Assembly (NCBI GenBank): GCA_009914755.4
Contig: CP086569.2
Span: forward strand, 23,520,001 to 23,584,000
Source: the human T2T-CHM13v2.0 reference genome, Homo sapiens
Reading direction: 5' to 3'
Length of the DNA: 64,000 nt
The position numbers were made by a program, and so were the translations under genes. Below the pieces are notes generated by a model. It was not told the DNA's origin and did not search any database. It saw nothing but the letters and a program-made list of their open reading frames with translations. Below, piece by piece: positions 13,671 to 23,983 of the stretch (its first letter is position 1; each line of letters begins with the position of its first letter).

Positions 13671-14090
13671 ACTTTTAAGCGGTGATTATTCTGGTGACTT
13701 TAGCAGAGCCAGGAGACTCTAAACAAACAATTTACTTCAGTTATTTTTGCTGTATAAACAGTGATGCATGTTTCCTCCAAGGTTCAACTGAGCATTCAAC
13801 TGAGTATTCTTATGACTAGTCCATGAAGAAACAATATGATCACCTAAAAACAAACCCAGCTGAAACATGCAGGAAACACTAATTTTGAATATATGGTTAT
13901 CATTTATTGCATATTTATTCACCAAGCACTGTCTTGATAAAAACTGTAAGATATGTCAATCAGCCTTAATAGACTGACTCTACAGGAGTGACTAATCACT
14001 CCCCATAGGTAGGCCTTTCTTACCTGGACACACTGTTTGTTCTGGATATGCTAACCACTTTAAAGACGTTGATGATTCTAAACACTCATT

Positions 14091-14570
14091 CAGGTACCAG
14101 TGCATGATCTGTTAGGAACTGGCTGCACAGCAAGAGGTGAGTGGCTGGCAGGCCAGCAAAGCTTCATCCGTATTTACAGCCACTCCTCATTGCTTGCATT
14201 ACTGCCTTAGCCCCACCTCCTGTCAGATCAGAAGTGACATTAGATTATCATACCCCGTGGTGAACTGTCTATGCGAGGGATCTAGATTGTGCACTCTTAT
14301 GATTATCTAATGCCTGATGATCTGTCACTGTCTGCCATCACCCTGGGACAGAAAGCAAGTTCAGGCCTCCCACTGATTCTACATTATGGTGAGTTATATA
14401 ATTATTTAATTATATATTGCAGTGTTGTAATAATAGAAATACCGGTACAGAATAAATGTAATGTTCTTGAATCATCCCAAAACCATCAGCTCCCCACCCA
14501 TGATCTGTGGAAAAATTGTCTTCCATGAAACCAGTCCCTGGTACCAGGAAGTTTGGGAATGTCTGCTCCA
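14091..14570 (+). mobile_element. Non-autonomous palindromic DNA-transposon relic (MITE-like), possibly 5'-truncated, with an AT-rich internal insertion. Family name not confidently recalled.
   Basis: Start ggtaccagtgcatgatctgttaggaactggctgcacagcaagaggtgagtggc. Interior cctcctgtcagatcagaagtgacattagattatcata...gaactgtctatgcgagggatctagattgtgcactcttatgattatctaatgcctgatgatctg. End gtggaaaaattgtcttccatgaaaccagtccctggtaccaggaagtttgggaatgtctg. The ends are ggtaccag...ctggtacc inverted. I recognise the overall layout as a known mammalian interspersed repeat but cannot name it with certainty. Confidence 0.55.
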
Positions 14571-16399
14571 GACCAACCACTCCAGAGAAACTATAATGAC
14601 TGAGCCATATCAGCGACCTGAGAAACTAAAAATTCTAAAAACACAAAACAATCTGCACAAAAGACTACTACCACAGCCTCCCAGGAGAACTTGACCTGCT
14701 CTACATTCTCACAGAGATGAAAGGGCCCATCCAAGTAGAAATTTCAAGTAATCTCTAAGTAGGTTACCTGCTACCTTTTATGTATATAAAATAAGTACAC
14801 TTTCTTCAGGTTTATGTGAGTATTGTTTCACATAATAAATCCCACTGAGTACTCAGACACCCTCTGAACTTGTAAAAATGCTGCCTGTTAACTTATCAAT
14901 GTTGTTGCTGTCTAATGAAGGATAAGCAATAATTGTTTATAAAATTTTAATGCTTGTCTTAGTGCTTCTTTATTTAATCTTTTAAAAATTCAGTCAGCTA
15001 CTGTTTACGTGTGTACTATTAATATGTCCTCTCTTTAGAACCTGATAAAAAGAAAGCTGGACATAAGAATGCTTTTACTACTATGGTTTCCATAAGGATA
15101 AACTTGGACAGAAACTGTTAGTACATTCTAAAGCATATATTTAGTAAAATAATATGCTATCACCAGTAATTTTATTACTAAGCTAATTAAGTTTTGTATC
15201 TAAGATGAATGGGATTATTAGAAATTAATTACTTGAATAAAGAGAATGCATTCATGTTTTAGTATGAACTTTAGTATGCCAATTTTCTAAAGAGTTCGGT
15301 TAATGTTACTCATTCATCATTCTGTTCCACAGTTTGTTGAGCATGTACTGCACATTTGGAAATTGGAGATCCATAGGTTGATGCACAATATATGAAAACT
15401 ACCTTCTCTGACATAAAAAATATTACACATTTTTATGTCAAACACAAGCATGATATGAAAACATACTTTTAACGACACTTTCAAGTCTAAACTCTCCTGA
15501 AACTGACATTCATTCAAATTTCTCAATAAGCTTACACACACAATTTTTATCCTAGCATCCATTGTTTTCCATACCATTCTGCAATTAAAATATTTCACTG
15601 CAAAATCTACTCAATATTGTATTTTCCTCTGCACCGTTTCTTCATGCCAGAGAAAATGAAGTAATGTAAGGAAAAGCTACAAGAGATTGGAGAGAAAGTG
15701 TAACACGAGCTGAGCCCTGAAAGGAGAATGGAACTCCAACCAATTGTAGAAAGGATTCGACTCTCAGGCAAAGGAACTTAGAATCAATTTCATGGTAACC
15801 TCAGAACCTTCATATTTTCTCTTTCTGTCTTACTTTCTTTTGTGCAAGTCCTTTCTTAGTTTCCAGGTGTGGGAGCTTTGCCTGCATTGTTACTTTGATT
15901 CAGAAGTCATCAAAAAATTTTTAAAAAGAGTTTCAATCCAGCAGTTAATAGATGGAATATGAATAAGAAACCAGCAAGGATTGTTTTTATTTTGTTTTAT
16001 TTTATTTTTTCCTACTTTCATAAAGCTAAGTGAAACACTTCAGATTTAAGAAATTCTCCTCTTTCCTGGAGCAAAATTAAGCTCTAAAGTTCAGAGGCAA
16101 GTAGAAAATCAAGCATCACTTCCCCTCTGACTACAAGCAAAAGAAAACAAACCTTGCAGCCAGGATAGCAGGAATCTGGCTGGGTAAAACCGCATCAAAG
16201 CTGCTCTGTAGATCAACCAGCGATGCATCTCAAGTGGTAATCTGGGAGCATGCCACCACCATAACGCTTTCAACCCTAGTAAGCAAATACCCACTTCTAA
16301 GATGAAATCTGTCTTCTTTGAGTAACCCTCAGAGCCCATAATGTTGTCAAACCAAAAAGAAAGCATCTTTTCTCATCCTATTCCCATTATAAATTAGAC

Positions 16400-17110
16400 A
16401 TGTTTTGTAAATAAATACTGCTTAACATTGCCTAGTTTCTAACCCATGCAAAAGTTTTATAGGTTCTAAAGTTATGTGCATTCTGAGATAGGTATACTAA
16501 TGCAATACCTAAACTTGTTTTTACTAACCTTGCTTTTACTAACCTTGTTTTTAGACTCTCCCTTTCTCCCTTAATCACCTAGCCTTGTTTCCATGTGAAT
16601 ATGCTCTCCCTTAGCTATGAAAGCCAGACGAACTCCATTTGGCTCCTTCATTTACAAGATATCAAGGACTCCTTACCCACCCCCTTTCCTCAAGGAGTTA
16701 ACTTGTGTAAGCTGATTGTCTACGCATCAAAGAGTCCAATTAACTGAAGCAAGCAATGCACAAAGCAAGGTACTGAAGCAAGCAATGTACAAAGTTCCCA
16801 GGATTTCACTCAAGAGATAACACCATAAAGCCTTGAGTTTGTGTTCAGCAGAGCCACCATACCTGACATCTTATAATATATTTAGAGCCCCTGCACCTGG
16901 AACTGTTTATTTCTCTGTAACCATTTGTCTTTTTAATTTTTTGCATGTTTTTACTTCTGTAGAATTGTTGCAACTGAGCCCCCTTCCCCTTCCTAAACCA
17001 AGGTATAAAGGAAAATCAAGCCCCTTCCTCGGGGCCGAGAGAATTCTGAGCGTTATCCGCCTCTCGGCTGCCGGCTAAATAAAGGACCCTTAAATTCATT
17101 TCAAAGTGTG
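16400..17110 (+). mobile_element. Candidate solo LTR of an endogenous retrovirus (U3 with duplicated enhancer-like motif, TATA box, polyadenylation signal)
   Basis: Two adjacent copies of a roughly 24-bp motif (ctgaagcaagcaatgcacaaag caag gta ctgaagcaagcaatgtacaaag) at about 16741-16795. TATA box tataaagg at about 17004-17011. ggctaaataaagg (AATAAA) at about 17076-17084. Boundaries are not resolved. Confidence 0.4.
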
Positions 17111-17699
17111 ACATTCCTCTAACTCGCTTGGGTACAACACTAATGGAAAATGTATCATGATATGCTGTATACCTTTTCAAAGGTAAAATAAATATATAAT
17201 TGCAGAACCATATATTAATCTTTCAGAGGTATACAGAGAAATGCAGAGGCATGCAATTAAACCTATGATGAATATAAATAAATGAGAAAAAGGAAGAAAA
17301 ATCACAGACTGTAGTGATATAATAAGAGTCATAGTTGTTTTCTTTTACTTTCATGTTTGTAAAAACGTAGTAATTGTTGGGTACCTGAAAATGTGATACT
17401 AATTCCCTTAATTACATGGTACTAAATATTTTCTTCCAAGGTTTTTATAGCCTTTAGTTTAGACAAAATTAAGTTTACCTGATGCAAATCATTTTAAAGG
17501 AGAATTTGTTTAGCAAATACTACTTTGTAATTGTAGGAAAAGTTTTTTTAATTATAATTTGTTTACATTGATCAATTTTAAAACTAGTGGAAATTTTGAA
17601 TAAAGACACTTCCTGTGAAAAAAGAAAACAGCTCAGTGTATATTATATCTAAAATGCTACTAGCTTGCTTCTCCTTCTAAAAGACATAAATCTTAATCA

Positions 17700-18570
17700 T
17701 GAGGAATAATTTTCAAATATACTCTTAAGAAGTACAAAAATGGTTTGGGAAAACTGGCTAGCCATATGCAGAAAACTGAAACTGGACTTCTTCCTTGCAC
17801 CACTTACAAAAGTCCACTCAAGATAGATCAAAGACTTAAATGTTACAACTAGGACCTTTAAAATCCTAGAAGAAAACCTGGTCAATGCTATTCAGGACAA
17901 AGGCATGGGCAAAGAATTCATGTCCAAAACACTGAAAGCAACAGCAACAAAAGACAGAATTGACAAACGGGATCTAATTAAACTAAAGAGCTACTGCACA
18001 GCCAAAGAAACTGTCATCGGAGTGAACAGCCAACCTACGAAATGGGAGAAAATTTTGCAATCTATTCATCTGACAAAGGGCCGATATCCAGAATCTACAA
18101 AGAACTTACACCAATGTACAAGAATAAAACAAATAACCCCATCAAAAAGTGGGCAAAGGATATGAACAGACACTACTCAAAAGAAGACATTTATGCAGCC
18201 AGCAGATACATGAAAAAATGCTCATTATCACTGGTCACTAGAAAAATGCAAATCAATCCACAATGAGATATCATCTCTCTCCAGTTAGAATGGCAATCAT
18301 TAAAATGTCAGGAAACAACAGATCCTGGAGAGCTTGTGGAAAAATAGGAATGCTTTTACGCCGTCAGTGGAAGCGTAAATTAGTCCAACCATTGTCGAAG
18401 ACAGTGTGGCAATTCCTCAAAGATCTAGAACTGGAAATATCATTTGACCCAGCAACCCCATTACTGGGCATATACCAAAGGATTATAAATCATTCTATGA
18501 TAAAGACATGTATGTTTATTGTGGCACTATTCACAATAGAAAGACTTGGACTCCCAAAAAAAAGGTGAAG
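17700..18570 (+). mobile_element. LINE-1 ORF2 fragment (C-terminal third of ORF2), 5'- and 3'-truncated
   Basis: Translation gives [23 protein letters not shown]..., [112 protein letters not shown]. This is colinear with canonical L1 ORF2. The match ends near 18555-18575 without the ORF2 end, 3'UTR or A-tail. Confidence 0.9.
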
Positions 18571-18586
18571 AAAGGAACCGCATGGT

Positions 18587-20060
18587 TAACTCACTGAGTA
18601 ATCAGTAAGTCATTGGTCCGCACTTGAGGTCACAAAGCTCTGGGGGAAGTTGGTTCAAGCTGAGTTTTCATTATAAGACAACAGTTATCAGCACCTCAGA
18701 AACAGTATATAAAAGTATTAAAACAGTTGCTTACGGCTAGCGGGGCTTCAGTTTCCCAGGTTCAATTAATGAAATTAATATAAACTTTGGTCATATAATC
18801 CATGGTTCCCAGAAGAAGGAATGCTAGACGTAGAACTCTGGGAACAAGTAGGGAGAAATCTTAAACAATGTTATGCACAGGGTCGTCAGGTCCCAGCATC
18901 AGCTTTAACATGGCGGGCTTTACTAAGGATGGTTTAGTCCCATTATACACAGAAGAGCCTAAAAATGAGAAGGAGGGAGAAACATCACCTGCCTTATCAC
19001 CTCCTTTTCCCTCAGTCCCACTATCACCGGGCCAAAATAACAAAGAGTAAATGGAGGGTTTGCCTGAGCCCCGTCTTACTGTAAGTAGAAAAAAAGGCAA
19101 GAAACATACTTCAGCTATGGGACCTTGTCTTAAACAAGTGGCATTAGAAGGAGAGCTCTTAGCCTGTCCAGTAATGCAAGACCAACATGGTAATCAAGTA
19201 CATGAACCCATTTCCTTTCACTCTTATAAACAATGAAGAAAAAGCATTAAAGAAAATGGAGCCACTAGACCATTTACAAAAGGAATGATTGGGGCCTTAG
19301 CAGACCAATTCTGTGTGGGCCCATGGGACTGGTCAATGCTAGCTAAAGCAACTCTGGAGCCTAGCCCATTCCTCCTCTGGAAGGCAGGATATGGACGGCT
19401 TGTGCAAACAACAAGCCAACCAGAATCAGGCAGCCGGGCAAAATATAATAGCTGATAAGCTCCAAGGGAGGTGTCCTCATGCTGATGTATAAAAACAACT
19501 AAATTTTGATCCCCAGGCCTTTGCTGAAGTGTCTGTGTGCTCTCAGAGCTTGGGACCAAATTCCCAAGACCAGAGTTCAGCAGAGGTCTTTTGTAAATGT
19601 TTGACAAGGGACTTAGGAGCCATTTGTTGAGTTTATGGATCCGTTAACTCAGGCAATTAAGAGGCAAATTAGTCACACCCAGGCCACTCCTATCTTATTG
19701 CTGCAACTGGCTTTTGAAAACGCTAATGTGGATTGCCAGCAGGCAATGGCAGGCAATCAAAGGAAAGGCAAGCACCATCCAGGAGCTCATATAAGTGCCT
19801 CACCTGGTAGGAACTGAGACAAACAAGGCCAGAATATTAGCTATGTCATTAAGCCCTCCGAAAGTGAAAAGGGAGAGAAACCAAAATTGTTTTCTATGTG
19901 GAGTGAAAGGTCATGTGAAGAGGCAATGCCCCCCTAGTGATAACCGAGCTAACTCAGGGAAAGAACCCTCTTCTATATGTTCCGAATGTAGGAAATGGAA
20001 ACATTAGGCAAATCAATGCAGGTCTAAATTTGATAAAAATGGCAATCTCATAGGAAATCA
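18587..20060 (+). pseudogene. gag: gag (MA-CA-NC) remnant with frameshifts and stops; two CCHC zinc knuckles
   Basis: MA-like PWFPEEGMLDVELWEQVGRNLKQCYAQGRQVPASALTWRALL aligns with HERV-K [28 protein letters not shown]...TVWNDWAII. CA-like LTQAIKRQISHTQATPILLLQLAFENANVDCQQAMAG. NC has CFLCGVKGHVKRQC at about 19888-19929 and CSECRKWKH*ANQC as the second CX2CX4HX4C knuckle. The frame is broken, for example by a stop after HSYKQ at 19236. Confidence 0.8.
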
Positions 20061-20216
20061 GTCGAGAAACTTCATGAGGGGCCAGCCCCAAGCCCTGATC
20101 CCAACTGGGACAATGCCGACAGCTTTCCTTGGTCAGCTGGAAAGCCCACAGTTCTCTCTCTTAGAGCAGCCACTACTGGGAGTGCATGACTGGACTTTCT
20201 CTGCCCTGCCAAATTA

Positions 20217-20435
20217 GTGCTAAAAGAGGGAGAAAGCCCTAAAATGGTTGAGACTGGGATCTGTGGCCCGCTGCCTCTAGGAACAGCAGGATTAGTCCTT
20301 GGGCAGCCTAGCCTATCCAGTAAAGGAATTAATATGCTCTCTGGGGTAATTGATAGTGATGACCAAGATCAGATATTGGTTATAATGGAATATAAAGGTC
20401 TGCATATTCTTCCCCCTGGATCAAAAATAGCTTAG
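20217..20435 (+). pseudogene. dUTPase-like domain remnant in the pro frame, a betaretrovirus hallmark
   Basis: The ORF reads MLKEGESPKMVETGICGPLPLGTAGLVLGQPSLSSKGINMLSGVIDSDDQDQILVIMEYKGLHILPPGSKIA. GVIDSDDQDQI resembles dUTPase motif 3 (GxIDxDYRG), and the segment sits N-terminal to the protease as in HERV-K/MMTV-type viruses. Confidence 0.55.
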
Positions 20436-20439
20436 TGAA

Positions 20440-20900
20440 AGACTTTACCATAGTGAGACCCTAATACCCATGGGAAGGAAAGGGGAAAGGGAAGTTTTGG
20501 AAGCACAGGAGCTACAGGAATATATTGGAATCAATTAATCACTGATCGGAGACCCATGATTACCTTAAAACTTGGTAATAATAATTTTACTGGCTTATTG
20601 GACACAGGGGTTGACATTTCAGTCATTAGTGATCAGAACTGGCCAGAAATTTGGACTTGGATCACTGAGAAATAGAAAATTGTCAGCATCGGGGAAGCAC
20701 ACACAGCCAAACAGAGCACACACCCCTGAACATGCTATGATTCAGAAGGAAGAAAGGCAGTTATACAACCTCTGATCACGCCCATTGTTATACCCAGATG
20801 AGTGAGAGAAAACGCCGCACTTTGAGATGAATTATTTAAGCCAGCGGCCAAAGAGATGGCTAATGCTCAAAATTCTCTCAGCCCCGAGGAATGGGCTTGA
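20440..20900 (+). pseudogene. pro: Retroviral aspartyl protease remnant
   Basis: ITLKLGNNNFTGLLDTGVDISVISDQNWP with the DTG catalytic triad at about 20601-20609, comparable to HERV-K PR ...FEGLVDTGADVSII... Confidence 0.75.
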
Positions 20901-21399
20901 TTAACTTTTATACTTTGGTTTAGGAAGGGGAGGGGAACTCAAATGCAATAATTCTACAGAAGTAAAAACATGCAAGAATCAAAGAAACAAATGGTTACAG
21001 AGAGACAAACAATTTAAAAGACAAATGGTTACAAAAAAAGCAGTGTAACCAGGTGTGGGGCTCTAAATCCTTCATTAGAGTTAGATATAGATGTTATGCC
21101 AGGCATGGTCTCAAGGCTTTATGTTGTTATTTCTTTGAGTAAAATCCTGGGAACTTCTTACATTGTTTGTTTCAGTACCTTATCAGTTAATTGGGCTCCT
21201 TCCATATGCTGAGGATCTGCTTACACAGGTTAACTCCTTGAGGAAGGGGTTGGGTAAGGACCCCTTAATGTCTGGTAAATCAGGAAGCCACATGGAGTTT
21301 GTCTGGCTTTCCCAGACAAGAGGAAGTCTTACTTGTATGGGAAAAACAAGGCTGGGTAACTAAGGAGACAAGCAAGGAAAATTTAAAAGTAACGCATTA

Positions 21400-22900
21400 G
21401 AGTAAAAACAAGGTTAGGCACTACACCTATCCCTGTTAATCTCTGGGGATGGGAATTATTAGCGCAATTGTTGGGGGGCGGGGCACACTGCAAACCCCTT
21501 TCTAACAATGACCACTGTGGTTATTCCTCCGCTACCTCTGACTTGGCTCTCTCAAGATCCGGTCTGCTTAGAAGAGTGGCCTCTGAAGGTAGAGAAACTA
21601 CAGAGGATTCATGTGTTAGTTGAGGAGCAGTTAAAGGCTGGACATCTTGAACATTCTACCAGCCCCAGGAATTTGCCTATTTTCATCATTGCCAAAAAGT
21701 CTGTGAAATGGAGGCTTTTACATGACTGATGTGCTATTAATGCTAATTTACAGCCCCTGGGACTCCTTCAAAGGGCCTCCCCTCCCCAGCAGCAATCCCT
21801 CAAGATTGACCTATAATTGTTATTGACTTAAAAGATTGCTTCTATACCATTTATCCGATGTCCACCCCTGTGTCCAATAAGCCAGTAAAACAGAACAGGA
21901 GAGAGAAAAATTTCCATTTACAAAACCAGCTATCAATAATGAAAATCCAGCTTGTCAATTTTATTAGAAAATGCTTCCTCAAAGGATGCTAAATAGTCCT
22001 ACCATGTGTCAGTTTCATGTAAATCAATCTTTGCTCTCTAGTAGAAAAGAATTTCCTGACTATAAAATTATTCATCCTATGGATGATATTCTACTAGTAG
22101 CTCCAAATGGGCCAACACTTTTAAATTTGTTTACTTCTGTCATAAAGAATGCACAGCTGAGAAGTTTAGTCATTGCACCTGGAAAAGTACAAATGTCCAA
22201 TGCTCTCTCCTTGGAAATAAATTGGATATCTGTTAACCTCCCAGTCAGTAAGACCTCAAAAGGTTAAACTAAATACTAGCAAATTACACACATTAAGTAA
22301 TTATCAGAAATTACTGGGTGATATTACCTGGCTCCATCCCATTTTAGGAATTCTTACTAATAAACTACAAAACCTTTTTTCTATCTTAAAAGGCAATCCA
22401 GCTCTTGATTCTTCCAGATATTTAATCCCTGCAGCAACAAGAGAAATTGAGGAAATGGAGCTAGCCATCTCTCAGAGGCAGCTAGATCATATTGATCTAT
22501 GATATTCAATTCAGTTGTTTGTATTTCCCAACAAACACTCCCCTACAGGGTTACTAGGACAAATGACCCCTGGGCTACATTTCCTAAAATGGGTTTTTTG
22601 TTCACATACTGGAAGTAAAACACTGTCTCTCTATATTCACTTAATTACTAAAGTCATCTATTCAGGTTGCAAACATTGCAGTCAGTTACTAGGTTATGAC
22701 CCTGATGTCATCAGGATTCCTTTAAGTAAAAAGCAATTTGAAGCAGTATTACCTTTGGCAATAGACCTGCAAATAGCTTTCTCTGATTACACAGGGCAAA
22801 TAGAGCACATCCTCCCTACTGATGAAGTCCTTCATTTCTTATCTCACACTCTGATAATAATGCCTATAAAAATAATTTACACCCCCATGCCTAATCCTTT
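21400..22900 (+). pseudogene. pol: Reverse transcriptase remnant
   Basis: [18 protein letters not shown] (RT fingers motif, compare PVFVIKKKSGKWRLLQD) at about 21670-21725. DYKIIHPMDDILLVAPN (Y/HxDD catalytic box) at about 22070-22110. Several ORF-track fragments in three frames show frameshift decay. Confidence 0.8.
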
Positions 22901-23350
22901 AACACTGTTTACTGAGGGGTCTGCTAAACATGGAAAAGTGGCAGTCTGGAGGAGACCACACTATTCAATCACTTGAACTGGGTTTACTAGCATGCAGAGA
23001 GCTGCAACTGGGGCTCTGAGTTTGGTTGGCCTTAGAAACTTTTTCCACTCAGCCCATAAATATAGTTAGGTGATTCTGCATACTCTGTTTATTTGTTACA
23101 AAACTTTGAAACAGCACTGATTAAGTCCACTCTGGAGCCAGCTCTGTTTACTCTTTTTCTCTGACTTAAACAATTCTAGACTAATGTTCACATCCTATTT
23201 TTACTACACACATTCGAGCCCACAGCCCACTCCCTGGCCCATTGGCTTATGGCAACGAACAAGCAGACCTTCAGGTTATGACATCACTGCTAGACCAAGC
23301 CACCCAATCACATCAATTTTTCCACCAAAATTGGAGAAATTTATCTAAAC
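22900..23350 (+). pseudogene. pol: RNase H remnant
   Basis: LFTEGSAKHGKVAVW at the end of ORF 22515-22976 matches the RNase H N-terminal motif (FTDGSS...GKAAY). Confidence 0.6.
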
Positions 23351-23983
23351 CATTTTCAACTTACCCAGAGGCTAGCTAAACAAATTATCCTACAATGCCC
23401 AGATTTCCAGCGCACAGGCACGCCCCCTCCTTCTACAGGTGTGAACCCTACAGGATTCGAACCTAATCAGTTGTGGCAAACAGATGTTACAGACATCCCT
23501 GAATTTGGGAAACTAAGATATGTGCATATATCCATTGATACCAACAGTCATTTAATCAGTGCACATGCTTTGCCTGGAGAGCCTACTCAATATGTCATTA
23601 AACATCTTCTTTTAACTTTTGCATTTATGGGATGACCCACAAAAATGAACACTTTTAATGGTCCAGCTTATACCAGCTCACGATTTCAACAATTTTGTCA
23701 CAGGTGGAAACTCCAACATTCCACAGGCATCCCATATAACCCCCAAGGATAGGCAATAGTAGAACACAGACACTTCACCCTTAAAAATGTGCACTAATAA
23801 CAGAGACAGGGTAATATAAGTAAGCACGCTGCAACACTACTGGCACAGGCCTTATTTACCCTTAATGTTTTAAATTCAGATGACAAATTTCAATCAGTTG
23901 TAGAAAAGCACTTTGCTAAAACCTCTCAAGGCATAAAACCTGCAGTTTTATGGAAAGATGTAAACAGTAATGAATGGTGTTGA
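23350..23983 (+). pseudogene. pol: Integrase remnant (catalytic core and C-terminal region), interrupted at 23983/23984 by the LTR12 insertion
   Basis: LWQTDVTDIPEFGKLRYVHISIDTNSHLISAHALPGEPTQYVIKHLLLTFAFMG (23441-23635) parallels HERV-K IN [27 protein letters not shown]...HVKKHLLSCFAVMG. Downstream, [31 protein letters not shown] and ALFTLNVLN...WKDVNSNEWC continue in the same order as the HERV-K IN C-terminus. Confidence 0.8.
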
